Numbered from the stretch's first letter, positions 26,481 to 40,175 are shown. The stretch is DNA of 64,000 nucleotides from Octopus vulgaris (GCA_951406725.2 OX597829.1:24676001-24740000); one strand, 5' to 3'. The notes: generated by a model not told the origin, from the letters alone. Numbers and translations: made by a program.

Positions 26481-26929
26481 TCTCAACTATCAAGCCTTCT
26501 CCCACAACTTACTTGTTTTCTTCACTTCCTGCTACACTGAGCTGATATCCTCTGAGTCCAAGTCATTCCCTATCTCTAATTATGTCACACTCTTTTCCCT
26601 TAGAGCAATCCCTAGTCTGTTTCACATTCATGTTGTACTTGAACCTCACATTCCAATTTTCTCTCTCTCATTTTCCAGATGGGCAAGCCATGTATTCATT
26701 CACCTCATCAGCAAGATACCTGCTCCTCTCCCTCTATCATAGTTTCTTTTTCTAGTCTATACCTTACTCAGTTGAGGGGTTTTATTTTACAGGTACTTGG
26801 GGGCCTCACTGGTGCCACATAAAAAGTCACCCAGTGCACTGTAAGTGGTTGGTGTTAGGAAGGGCATCCAGCTGTAGAAACACTGCCAATGTAGGCATAA
26901 AACCTGGTGGACCCTTTTGGCTCACCTAT

Positions 26930-27076
26930 TCCAACCCAGGACTTATTCTTTGTAAGCCTAGTACTTATTCTATCGGTCTCTATTGCTGAACCGCTATGTT
27001 ACGGGGATGTAAACACACCAGCATCAGTTGTCAAGCGATGTTGGGGGGACAAACACAGACACACAAACATACACAC

Positions 27077-27137
<61 letters not shown>

Positions 27138-27313
27138 TATACATACATATATATGATGGGCTTCTTTCTGTTTCCATCTACCAAATCCACTCACAAGGCT
27201 TTGGTCGGCCCAAGGCCATAGAAGACATTTGCCCGAGGTGCCACGCAGTGGGACTGAACCCGGAACCATGTGGCTCATAAGCAAGCTACTTACCACACAG
27301 CCACTCCTACGCC
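26930..27313 (-). mobile_element. SINE family A
   Basis: Reverse-complement copy with an expanded (TA)n. Confidence 0.85.
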
Positions 27314-28007
27314 TTTGTTTATAATTTCAGCAAAAGAATTGTTTGTTGATCAATACTGATAAAATGAAATATATTCTAGTTTTCTCAGAAAAATTCCAAG
27401 AAAGAGTAAAAAGAAAGAAAAAAGTTTTTTTTTTATTTTTATCAAATTTGCTTTCACAATAAATATAAAATCAAACAATAATAAAAAAAAAAAGTGTTTG
27501 TCTTTAAAATATTTCCCTAATCATCAATGTTGATTGTTGTTTAGCACCAAGTCAGTCAAGATCAAGCAGGCTAATGATCAAAAAGTATCCCAGCCATGAC
27601 CATTTCATATATTTGTTTTTAAACATAGTATATCAAGGATTACATGAGGCCACGTGCCCTTACTTTTAAGATGGAAGGGAGGGCTATAATTTAAAGGAGA
27701 TTTGACTGCTATTTCTAGCAGCCTGAATGGCTACAAAGATGTTATTTCATTGGCTGAAATTATTACAGTAGTCTCAATTTTATCTCTGTCAAACATTTTT
27801 CTGTTTTCTTCAATATAGTGATGGTGGTGGTGGTGGTGGTGGTGGTGGTTACATGACTTGAGGTCTGGTAAGTGAATAAATGAGGCTGGTGCAGTTAACA
27901 TGGGTGCACGAAAGACAATTGTTGAAGAGACAGTTCCAGCGGTGGTTCTTAAAATGAAAGAGCCAAATGTGATTAATGCTTGGCACAGGACTGTGTATGT
28001 GAGAGAG

Positions 28008-28056
<49 letters not shown>

Positions 28057-28347
28057 AAAGGTAATGGAGTGCAGAAGACACAGCAGGTAAATATCAAGAA
28101 CTAAAAATAAAAGTCCATAGTAGTAATAGTAAGAGAGCATAGAGCAGGTGAGATGTTATGAGATTGTGTTTTTACTTTTTGGAAGGCTTGGTTTTAACTC
28201 TTTTGATTCCAACCCACCTGAGACCACTTTTGGTCCTATGTTACAAACTTTGTGTTTTAAAGTGGTCTAAATTACAACCTTCCATTAAAATTACAAGTAA
28301 AATTGTTCCAAACATCCTTTACTTGTTTGAGAAATTTGACAGCAGCT

Positions 28348-28672
28348 AGGGTTTTAGTTGAACAAATTGACCCCAGGACTTATCTTTTTAAGCATAGTAC
28401 ATATTCTATTGATCTCTTTTGCTGAACTGCTAAGTTATGGGGATGTAAACACACCAACACTAGTTGTTGAGTAGAGGTGGGGGGACAAACACAGACACAA
28501 AGACACACACACAGATATATGACAGACTTCTTTCAGTTTCAGTCTACCAAATCCACTCACAAGGCTTTGGTCAGCTTGAGGCTAAGACACTTGCCCAAGG
28601 TGCCATGCAATGGGACTGAACCAAGAACCATGTGGTTGGGAAATAAGCTTCTTACCACACAGCCACACCTGT
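28348..28672 (-). mobile_element. SINE family A
   Basis: Reverse-complement copy. Confidence 0.75.
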
Positions 28673-29329
28673 ACCTATAAAGCTTAATAATTACAAAGTT
28701 ATTTTCATGAGTTTACTAAATTCTTCATTGTGTACAAAATTTTGTTCAAAAGTAATGTATTTCAAAAGAAAAATAGAAATAAATAGTTAAGATGGTTAAC
28801 GCCTTATTAGCAAGATTTTCCTATTGTGACAATTTTTAATACTTTGTGTATCCCATTTGCAGGTTAAAGGCATGCCTGGAAACAACAAAAAATTTAACCA
28901 GAAAGCTAACTGAAAGGAATCCATTCTATGATATGCCATTAATAAAATGAGTTTGAATAAGTTGATGGTTTACTAGGATGCCAGTATTCAAACCATTCCA
29001 TGTCCCCAACACAACAACAACCCTCTTAACAAAATGGAATGATAGTTGATAGGGAACTAAAAGCTAAGTAACAAGTTTGGAAAAAAACCTAGAAAAATGC
29101 TAAGAGGGAGTATTTATCAAATGGCTAGAAAAGCAACATGATGGGTATACTTGGTTAAGGAAACAAAAGGGGAGAAATTTTCACATGTTATAAACACAAG
29201 AATCAGAAGTGTGAGATGCTCAAAATATCTGGTGAGGATTTGATAACTACCTGGATTGGCAAAGCAGTTTCATAATAAACTGCTACAAAAGGCAAAAGAG
29301 ATGCACCAGAGAGAGAAGAAGCTACAGAG

Positions 29330-29467
29330 AAATCAAACAAACTGGATCAGGTTATGAAAGTCACAACACAAATCATGATAGGATAAACCAGTGGTTCCCA
29401 ACCTGTAGTCTGCAGACCCCTGGTGGTTGGCAAAGGTAGTATTTAGGGTCTATGAACTAAATTCTAA

Positions 29468-29507
<40 letters not shown>

Positions 29508-30545
29508 TAAGGATAAGCATATTAAAAGGGCTCCGTTTGAAAACTCATTTAAATAAAAGGGGTCCTTGGTAGTGAAAAGGTTAGGAACTACTGGGATGAA
29601 TCTAGAAGAGATGCAGTGTGATTTCATATCTTAGCGAGGTAAGAGAAATACTTAGCTAGGAGTAAATCATTATTCCTAGACTTTGTTAATGTAGATGCGT
29701 TTGACAAGGTATCACATACAGCAATTTGGTGGTCACTAAAGAAACTGGGTATTGATAAATGGCTTGTGAAAACTGTACAAGCCATTTATAAAGGCACAGT
29801 AATTAAAGTGAGAGCCATCAATGACTTCAGTGAGAAGTTTGGTGTGAAGGTTGGAGCCCATCAAGGCTAAGTTCTCAATTCACTCCTATTCATCAAAGTC
29901 CTATAGTCCATTGCAGAGGAGTTTAAGACTAGCTGTCCTTGGGAACTCCTATATGCTGATAATCTAGTTCTCATAGTTTAACAGAGAGGAAATTTCAGAC
30001 ATGAAAACAAAACACAGAATTGTGAGAGGCCTCAAGATAAACTTAGCATAGATTATGGTTTTAGTAAGTAGGAAAGAAGACAGGACCCTGGTTTCTTGAT
30101 GGAAAAAGCCTTGCTTGATAAACTGAAAAGTAGGTATAAACTCCACACATTGTACCTAATGTAAGCTATAGACACACATGGTGTGTAGTGGAATCACAAG
30201 CAGACTATCCAAGAATGTACACTTTCCTATGTGATAGTTCACTGGAGCACAACATACTATGAATACACTGGGAAAAGATTCTTGTAAATGCTCAGATGGC
30301 TTGCAATATGTAGCTTTTGTTACCAAGGAGATGGTTGCACTGAAAGTATAGCAGCCAAGGTGAAAAAAGGTTGGAAAAAATTACAATTGCAATGCTGTAC
30401 ATTAGTAAGGCAGCTGCCTTAAGAAGACAGGGTAAAAAATGAAACTAGTACCTTCTGCTGGATGTGCATTGTAAGTGTGCATGAACATCAAAATACAAAT
30501 ATGTGTAGAGAAAAACTAGGTGTAAGAGGAATCAGATGTAGTGTT
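29330..30545 (+). mobile_element. RTE LINE RT fragment
   Basis: Decayed AFDKV, VGAHQG and CPWELLYADNL motifs; split by the hAT MITE. Confidence 0.8.
29389..29593. mobile_element. hAT (Charlie-like) MITE nested in an RTE LINE
   Basis: TIRs CAGTGGTTCCCAACC / GGTTAGGAACTACTG; 8-bp TSD GGATAAAC / GGATGAAT. Confidence 0.8.
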
Positions 30546-32169
30546 ACATGCTGACATGGATTCAAAGTCTGTCTCATGCTCCAGTGTCTGCTTTGACATG
30601 GCTTCTACAACTGGATGCACTTCCTAATGCCAACTACTTCACAGTGTGCACCAAGTGCTTTTTCCCATTTTTCATGGCACCAGCACTAGTGAAGCCACCA
30701 TGTAGCCTTTGACACACTGAAGCACAATTTGTTGCCATAACAAACTTCAACCCTGACAGTCCTCATATTAGAATATATAGTCACATCAAAAATCCAGACA
30801 CCTACAATGCCCCAGAATAATACTACAGTATCATCTTTAAAATATTATGTCTCCCACTAAGTCTAAACAAATGCAAAAAATACACTCGGTATTAATAAAG
30901 ACATTAACCCCAATCACTGTTCTAGGAAGCACTTCATCAATAAAGAGTGCAGAACAACAACTGGCATGTTCTGACCAAGTCCATCTCCCTCGCTCCCACT
31001 GTGACATTCATCAAATGAAATACAACCGGACAGTAGAGGTAGTACAATGTGTTTAGACAGCCACACTGCATCCTATATGATAGAGTACACAGGTCAGACT
31101 TTACCGTAATGTTCTCCTAAAAAGTACAGTCATGGCATATCTAGAACAATACATCTGTAAGTCACATCTACTTCTTCAATCGACAACCTAGATCTGCTCA
31201 ATCAGAAATGACCTGCATTAAACAACAACAACCAGCCAAAATAACAATTTAATCACCCTCTTACTCCCCTACACACCAACTTTTGTGCAATATTTACACA
31301 ACACTAATTAGATTAGCAAGACCTCATGTGTAGCCGGATTAAAACATTAAAAATAGCTCCTATAAATAACGAACGCATTTTTTTTATATTGATTTTGTAG
31401 CAACTGATTAGGGTATTAACTAGTTTTGATGGGTCGTTACATTTTGTTTTTTAATGTAACTTTCACATCAATATTTTTCCAGGTTAATTAACTATCTCAA
31501 AAAGTCTTACATAATTCAATATTCAATTAAAGCTATTTTTCCTTTTCTTTTTTTTTTTTTCTTTTTGCAAATAAATGCACAGCCAAATCTTAATCAATTA
31601 ACAGTGAAATGAAATATTTTATCAAAATATTTCTATCCTTGATCTATCTTGCTGTCACCATTCTAATATATATACATAGATATAGCTTTATATATATTAC
31701 ATGTGTACAGACAGACAGACAGATAGATAGAAAGATCAGGGTAAGAGCTCTTACAAATGGAAGTAATTGTTTCAAATTAAAATTTTTCATAAAATAATTC
31801 CAAGCAATCACCAGTTCCCTGTAATAATGTCCATTTTCTATGCTGGCATCAACAGCGCAGACTAGTAATGTAACATTTTGTCTGCTCACCTCCCCTTTCC
31901 TCTCTATACTCTGTGCGTACAAAGCCATTTGTCAGGCCTAAAAGACTATACAATTTTTCCTGCCACCAATTCAACACCATTCAAATGAGCAAGGGAGTTT
32001 TTTCTCTTAAATCACACCCTACCACCTCAGAAATGAAGGTTACAACTGAAAATGTAGTGTTGGGTGCAATGTCATGGAATGATGATGACTGAAATGTCTA
32101 ATCATATGTTTGCTTATTCAGAACCCAATGGGGATTAAACAACTTTTCACTTAACATTTATTTTATATC

Positions 32170-32765
32170 CTTTACTTGTTTCTGTCACTGAATAGCAACT
32201 ACACTGTGGCACCATCTTGAAGGACTTTAGTTGAAGAATTTGATCCCAGTACTTATTTATTTTTTAAGTCTGGTCTCTTTTTGCTAAACTGCTAAGTTCA
32301 GGGAAATAAACCAAAAGCTGTTGTGAAGCAGTGGAGAGAAAAAACACAAAGACATACACAGGATAGGTTTCTTTCGGTTTCTTATTTCTTTACTGCCCAC
32401 AAGGGCTACACAGAGAGGGGACAAACAAGGACAGACAAATGAATTAAGTCGATTATATCGATTCCAGTGCATAACTGGTACTTATTTAATCGAACCCCCG
32501 AAAGGATGAAAGGCAAAGTCAACCCCTGTGGAATTTGAACTCAGAGCGTAAAGACAGACGAAATACCACTAAGCATTTCGCCTGGCATGCTAACGTTTCT
32601 GCCAGCTCACCGCCTTTCAGTTTCTGCCTACTGAATCCACTCATGAAGCTTTGGTTAACCCAGGGCTATATCACAAATTACTTGCCCAACATGCAAACAC
32701 AATGGAACTGAACCCGTAACCATGTGGTTTGGAAGCAAACTGCCTACCACACAGCCATGCCTGCA
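32170..32765 (-). mobile_element. SINE family A with a family-B SINE nested at ~32380-32615
   Basis: Family A 3' half and head are separated by a complete family-B copy. Confidence 0.7.
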
Positions 32766-33894
32766 CAGTAAACCTATTTAAACTTAAAAACATATAAAAC
32801 ACTTATTCTTTTAACAATAGAAATCAATTTCACTCATCACTGAAAGACAAATTATCATATTTACATTGTACAAATTGGACTAAATGACGTAGTTTCACTA
32901 ATCTTTCCAAAATCATTCTTCAGTAAGAAATTGGAACATTATTTACAGTAATGCTACAACAATGAGATTATGAACTGAATCACTTGTTCCTTTATAGGTT
33001 CAAAGTTGTCTTCTATTCATCAAAAGTAACATTAATATACTATCTTCTACCAATCTTTACTTGTTTCAGTCATTGCAATGGTTTGCACCCACATTGAAGC
33101 ACCACCTCGAAGGGTTTTAGTCAAATAAATGAATACCAGTCCTTAATTTTAAGTCTGGTACTTATTGTTGCTCTCTTTTACCAAAATACTAGGTTAGAGG
33201 GTCTGTAAAGAAACCAACACCAGTTGTCAAGCAGAGGGTGAGTGACAAATGCAAACACACACACACACACATATATATATACACACACATGTATATACAC
33301 ACACACATATATATACACACACACATATATACACACATACACCAGCACTGGTGCCAGATAAAGAACACCTGTACTGGTACCATATAAAAAAAACACTTAG
33401 TTGGTGTTAGGAAGGGCATCCAGCTATAGAAACCTTGCTAAAACAGACAATTGGAACCTGGTGCACCTCTCTGGCTTGTCAGCTATCAAACTAGCCAATC
33501 CATGCCAGCAAGGAAAATGAATATTAAATGACAACAACGATGATGATGATGATGACACAAATAACAGCCTACTACGCAGTTTCTGTCCGCCAAATTCACT
33601 CATAGGGTATTAGTCAGTCTGGGGCCTAAGACATTTGTGCGGTGGAACTGAACTTAAAAACATGTGGTTGCAAAATGAGCTTCAAAATGAGTGGCCATCT
33701 GCCGTTCCTGCAAAATGAAAACTTTTCGTCCAAGTCAAAAGAAATATGTTTTCAGTACAATCAATATTTTACCAACATGATTCTTTTTTTGGTCCGGCAG
33801 TTAAATCGATCAAAAATGTTGCTTAGTTTCCATAAATTAAGAGAACACATTAGAAATTAGTTTTGATATATTTACAATACATTTAATAATTTAG

Positions 33895-34340
33895 CATCCA
33901 TGCCAGTGGATCGCTAAGAGTACCATACAAGCGTGATCGTTGCCAGAGCAACAAACTGACCTCCGTGCCAGTGGCATGTAAAAAGCACTATTTGAGTGTG
34001 ATCGTTACCTGTGTCGCCTTATTGGCACTTGTGCTGATGGCACGTGAAAAGACATTCGAGTGAGGTCGTTGCCGGTGCCACTGGACTGGCTCCTGTGCAG
34101 GTGGCACATAAAAAGCACCATTTGAGCGTGGCCGTTGCCAGTACCACCTGACTGGCCCTCGTGCCGGTGGCATGTAAAAGCACCAACTACACTCTCGGAG
34201 TGGTTGGCGTTAGGAAGGGCATCCAGCTGTAGAAACTCTGCCAGATCAGATTGGAGTCTGGTGCAGCCATCTGGTTTGCCAGACCTCAGTCAAATCGTCC
34301 AACCCATGCTAGCATGGAAAGCGGACGTTAAACGATGAGG
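33895..34340 (+). repeat. RTE-type 3' tail element with an internal ~65-bp tandem array
   Basis: GTGC(C)GGTGGCAC-like ... AAAAGCAC units repeated about 4 times, then TTAGGAAGGGCATCCAGCTGTAGAAAC...AGCATGGAAAGCGGACGTTAAACGATGA. Related tails at ~19350-19530, 22940-23070 and 33340-33555. Confidence 0.75.
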
Positions 34341-36799
34341 AGGAGGAGGAGGAGGAGGAATAAGAAATAAACACAGTTTAGAGGAAATAAACTTCTGGAG
34401 ACAGTTTATAAAACATAAACATCTTCCTGCTTACAACTAGATAAATCACATAAATTTTGTTACAGATAGTGTTAGATTTCAGTTGAAGGCTTTTCATGTG
34501 AAAACAAAAATAGGACAATTATTATCACATATATAATAAAGTCTTCCTCACAATGACAACAGTCTTCAATATCTAACAATAGCTTATTAGCTCAGTGTTC
34601 TGTAACATTGTATTTACATAATAAATACCAGCCTGAAATGCTAGGTCTCCAACAAACTTCTATTATTAATATGAAGTGGTAAAAGGAGCATGTATTAGCC
34701 AGGACATGTTAGTGGGCTAGCAGCCTAGCACCTGGAGAGGCAGGTCCTTGCTGGCTAGTATTCTAAGTTGTTCTTCCAAAGGCCATATCAAAAGATTTTA
34801 GATTTGGTTTAAGGCCAGACCTTCAGGACTGGAGTTGAGACAAGTAGAGTAACCAGTTTCATTAAAAAATGGATTAAGAGGAAAGTGAAGCAGAGGTAGC
34901 AAACACCACTTAAAATTAAAGCATCTGATCTTTTGCTCTTTGTAATAAAGATTTATTTGATTGGCTGTAATTTCGCCTTAGATACCAGTACTTACTGCCT
35001 GCTATGGTTGATGATTCACAAGAATACTCTCTATTTGCAGAGATTCTTATACATTAATGAGTGTTACCATTATTTTCTCATTACACCTTTAGCATAACTA
35101 CAGTCAAGTGAAGACTAAGACTTGATGCTTGGTATCTAAAATATAGTCAGATACTCACAGCCCTTTATCACTCAATGTGGTTGGTAGTATGTGAAATTTT
35201 ACATTCTATAGAGGGTAGCAGTGGGCAAGAGCTATGACATTCTCAGAAAACTCAAGGATTCAGCAAATATCAACTCAAAAGAACTTTTAGAAACCCCTTG
35301 CATGACAGTGCTATGAGAGTAAGAGAAGGTGATTGCCAGTTTGGGAAAATTCTATTTACTAATGTTAGTGCTACCAAACTAAGTCTATCCAGATAGGTAA
35401 AGGTCATAAAACTATTGTGTGCATTTATTCAATGTCGAAGAATTACTGAGTATATCATGAGAAATGCCATGCTATTTTCCTTTTGGCTATGAGATTGTAT
35501 AAAGACAAGACTGAAAGGATTAAAGACAGACATTATTCTCTTTGGCCAGGAGCTCAGGTATCCCAAGTTCCACTTGAAGGTGAGGGAAAAGATGGAGACA
35601 CTTTAGTAAATTTGCAGAAAATTGAATGGAAATGGCAAGAATGACCAAAATGACTGGCCTTATTCCCAAATGGTACTAGAATGTTGGAGACTAAGGTGAG
35701 AGGACACTTGCCCTTGGTAATCCTGGATCTATATTATAGATACTATCTGTATCCACATTGTATATAAATTACTATTGATAGGTTCTATATGTGCCTGCTC
35801 TATATAACATTAATATTGATACTAGCAGTACCTGTAGAAATTTCACTTATTTCAAAAACTGTAGGATGGCTGGAAGTTTAGGAGAACCATGAAATATATA
35901 TATACATTTTTTTTTTTTTGAAATTGTATTTTGTTTGAGGCATTTGATAATGTAAAAGTCCACGTAGGTAGTAGTGAATGAGCAGTCTTAAGAGGCAACA
36001 TCTTTAAATTCTTTCTCATACATTAATCACTTCATATCTTTAGTTTTCACTAGGCCAGTAAAGTAAACAGTCTTAACTATCACAAAGAAATAATCTAGCT
36101 ATAATAATATTCTACTGTATGATTACATTGGTAAAACTTTAACAAATCTTCATGTTATATTGCATCTTTATTTTCATATCAGAGAAAAGTTCATATGGCT
36201 AGAATTGTACCCTCAGTCCCATTGAACAAAGAGAACCCACAGCTCACTGCCGATTCTCAAAAAAAAATCTCTGTAATATAGGTGCAATTATGGGTGTACA
36301 GTCAAAAAGTTTGCTTTGTAGCCATTTACTTCTGAGTTTGGTCCCTCTACATAGCATCTTGGGTAAGTGTTCTTTACTATAGCCTTGAGTGAAATTAGAT
36401 AGAGAAACAATGTATGAATGTGTTTACACTTATGTCACTTAAAACAGGTGATGTTGGTGACTTACTGTAATACAGCAGTTCAACAAACTTACATTAATAA
36501 ATTAAGTACAAAATGTTTTAAATATTTACGAAGACCAATCTGCTTGACCACCCACAAAGGTAGTGCTGCAGCATGGCTATAATCTAATAACTGGTAGAAG
36601 ACAAAAGGAATATTAAAAGACTAAATAAACTGAAATATAATCCAATATATTTATCCAACCATCCATTTTCTCTGCCAGCTATTCCTGGGAGAGTTGAGAA
36701 GGTTAAAGTCCTCAGGTACCTTTTCGTAGGCTCCTAGCAGAAGCAACCAACATTACCCTTTTTGGTTAGATTTCTAGGCTTGACCAACCAATACTATAG

Positions 36800-39200
36800 A
36801 TATTATCCAACTGTCTTACTCTTTGCCTACCCTAAGGTCTCCTATCATTTGGCTAGGCTTGGAGAATCTGTCTTGCAATCCTTTCCTGCAGCATTCTAGG
36901 CCACATGTCCGTGTTACTGGAGCTGTGTTCTCTCAATGTAGAGAAGTAACAGCTCAACCTGGAGAGACTCCTTGATCTCCGAGTTATGCACCTGGCCAAA
37001 TAACATTAACCCAGAGATCCTTTGCAGGAACTGCATTTTGATTATATTCATGACCATATGTGAAAATAAGCATGAAAACTGAATTAAAAGATAGTAAATT
37101 GGGTGGGGTGGGGTGGGGGGTAACCAACCTCTCCTTTTCTGAGGAGTGAATACTGGAGCTAGTGCATTATTGTGCTAGCACTGCAATTCAAGCATTCAAT
37201 TCCACCTCCTGTTTCCTATCACTTGTGAATACAGTCCTGAGATACCTAAACTTGTCCACTTGCCTCACAATACTAATTTTCATCCTTGCTTTGTAACACT
37301 TAGCAGCAAACCCTTCCAGTGTAAGCTGGAGATCATTTTCAGATGAGTCAAGTAGCACCATCAGCCAACCAATCCTACACCTACCTATTGTGATACCATT
37401 TTCAGAACAGCTGCACATGTCAATCCAGTCTCTAAAATTATGAAGAGGAGAGATGACAATATACACTCCTGCCAAAGTCCAGCACCCAACTTAAAAGGTA
37501 CCTATTTCTTTACTACCCACAAGGGGCTAAACACAGAGAGGACAAACACACGGATTAAGTCGATTATATCAACCCCAGTGCGTAACTGGTACTTATTTAA
37601 TCGACCCCAAAAGGATGAAAGGCAAAGTCAACCTCGGCGGAGTTTGAACTCAGAACGTAACAGCAGACGAAATACGGCTACGCATTTCGCCCGGCGTGCT
37701 AACGTTTCTGCCAGCTCGCCACCTTAAAAGGTACCATTTACCCAAACACAGACATCTGGGCATTCATATAGAGCCTTTACAGCAAGCAGAAATTCCTCAT
37801 TAATTCCAAACTTCAGAAACTCTCCACAGCATGTCCTGTAGCATGTGGTCATATGCCTTTTCAAGGTCTACTAACCAAGGATACATCTCTTGGCGATATT
37901 CACATGATTTCACAAAGACTTGCTATCAAGTGAATATCTGGTTAATTGCACTGTGTCCAGGACAGAAGCCACACTGTTCCTCAGCAAGTTTCAGCCCAAC
38001 AATTTCTCTACCCCTCTTTCTTAGACATCTAGCATAGACTTTAAAGAGGATTGACAAGGGGATTCCTCTATAGTAAGAGCACTCTCTCATCTCCCTTTTT
38101 AAAATTAGGATTATCACACTGGACTGTCATTACTTTGGTTTCTTTCCAGAGGTCCAAGACACCTGGCATACACAAATCTACCAGAGAGGACTTAATATTT
38201 CAGGCTGAATCTCAACCTCTCCAGCAGCCTTACTACATTTGTACCTCTATTACTTCAGCCTCTGTAAGGTTATTCTTCATTCCTAGATGCATCTTGTGCC
38301 CACAAAATTTTTTTATTATGACTGCTAAGTCAATGGATAGCCTGCTGGAATACTTTAAAAGTCAGAATCCAGCATAACCCCTGACTCCTCCCATTACTTA
38401 GTCCTGGAAGTCTTTATTACCTCTTAGCATACTGCATGTGTAGAAGGGGAGACCTGTTTCCAAGCCAACTTTTGCAAGCTTCCTTTGCTTGCATGGCATT
38501 CTTAACTTCCCGATTAAACCAGAGAGTTCTTTTCCCACCTAGTGCTACACCAAGATACTATTGTCCACAGTAATGTACAATTGACATCCTCAATTTGTTC
38601 AGGAAGTCTTTGAATTCAGATACAATAGTGTCCACATATTTGTTACTGATCCCATCATCTGCCAGGGCTTCCTACTTCATCATACAAGTCACAGTGAACT
38701 TGCCAGTTTTGTGAGTTCTCCCCACTGTAGGTATTCTCAGGTTGCAGACAACTAAGTGGTAATAGCTCAAATCCTCTCTTCACACAAATATCCAGTACAG
38801 AATCAAAGAGGTCCAGGATGATAACAAAACCTATCAGTGACCTCTGTCCCAAAGTATCCCTATATCAGCCCATTTCCAGCACAAAAGTCTATTAAGGATT
38901 TTCTGTTCACATTATGTCCAGGGTCACCATTCTTCTCAATAACTCCTTTCCATGTCTATTGATTGGTGTGCATTGAAGTTTTCTTATAGGACAAATGACT
39001 CAGTGTTACCTACATCTAAAGCTGTAGGGACTTCACCAAGGAAGGCTCTATAGTTGCAAGGCTCTAAATATAGAGCCTTGCAACAGCCACAGTAGTCCAT
39101 TCTTCAGTCTAAGCTTCAGTAGGCAAACCTTCCCACAGTCAAACAGGGGCTTGTCTGTATCCCCCATTCCCATTGCGCCAACATAGGTGGCACCACACAG
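36800..39200 (-). mobile_element. Second RTE/L2-like LINE family, decayed endonuclease and RT
   Basis: ORF pieces RECSYYRGI..LAEEQCGF, VDLEKAYD, QVDKFRYL..FTSD and GQRSLI; interrupted by a young SINE. Confidence 0.75.
37503..37725 (-). mobile_element. Young SINE family B (tRNA head, Meta-domain-like GCCTTTCATCCTT..GGGGTCGAT..AAGTACC) with target-site duplication
   Basis: CTTAAAAGGTACC at 37490-37502 and 37723-37735; CpGs intact. Confidence 0.85.
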
Positions 39201-39619
39201 TGAATTTCTACCTTCCATCCAGATCCAAAATACAAGAGCCAGAGAAACTTGAAGAAAAGACACTGATTTTATCTAACCAGTAGCAGTTGGCCTCCTCCAC
39301 TAGTTCCTGCTCTTTACCTGTAAGGATTATGACAGCCCAACTCCCAATTACTAACGGTTGTTCTCTCCTGGATAGGTTTCACAAAACCCTTTCTTTTCAC
39401 TTCATGTCTCCCAGAACAAGTTGCAACTTAATGGTGATGGTACCAGCAATATATTTTTCAAATGAATCCCTCCACGTAAGGTTCAAATGCGTCCCTTGTT
39501 AACTTAAGCACTGGACAATGCAGTAAAGTTTTTTTTTTAAAACCCTTTTCATACTGCAGCTTTTGGTGGTTTCATTCACATCTGACACCAAGCTGGTATT
39601 TATACAGGACTGATGTAAG

Positions 39620-40175
39620 ATACATTTATATTATTATTTACATTGGATGGATATGTGTCCTCATTTTGTTTGTTGTTAGCTGCAGGGACTTCAGCTAACA
39701 TTTTGGCTGATATTTTCTCCAGCCTTCATCAGGTATCCTAGTGAAATTTTGAACACAACGCTGAGTTCTCATTCCTAAGGTATTTTTTGATGTTATTATT
39801 TATTCAAGACACTGCCTGGAATTGAACTCAGAATCTTGGGGTTAGTAGCTTACACTCTTAACCACTACACTATATGCCCATGGGGTTAGTAACCTGTGCT
39901 CTTAACCACTACACTATGTGTCCATGGCAAACAACATAGTGGTTAAGAGTGTAAGCTACTAACCCCAAGATTCTGAGTTCAATTCCAGGCAGTGCCTTGA
40001 ATAAATAATAATAATGACATCAAAAAATACCTCAGGAATGAGAACCCAAGGTTGGGTTCAAAATTCCACCAGGATACCTGGTGAAGGCTGGAGAGTAAAT
40101 CAGCCAAAACATTGTGGTAACAACAAACAAGATGAGGACACATATCTGTCCAATGTAAATAATATAAATAATGTA
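39620..40175. mobile_element. Foldback element B: two divergent units, each a tRNA-like head plus a degenerate hammerhead
   Basis: About 39620-39867 is the reverse complement of about 39937-40175. Head: TAGTGGTTAAG (A box) ... GAGTTCAATTCC (B box). Downstream: CTG(A/G)TGA-a-GGCTG...CAGCC-aaaa(c/t). The spacer holds a ~44-nt duplication of the head. Confidence 0.75.

Noticed and set aside
26907-27296. Overlapping YI/IY-rich ORFs (also around 52282, 55237-56770 and 57664-58930)
   Set aside because: These are translations of stop-free (TA)n/(CA)n microsatellites and SINE bodies.
34650-35720. Slightly GC-richer stretch, possible decayed retroelement
   Set aside because: No long ORF or recognisable motif; cannot be supported by eye.
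39937-39994. Functional tRNA gene (also the SINE heads at 1905, 44105 and 61273)
   Set aside because: A and B boxes are present, but the acceptor and anticodon stems do not close and the sequence runs on into repeat bodies.
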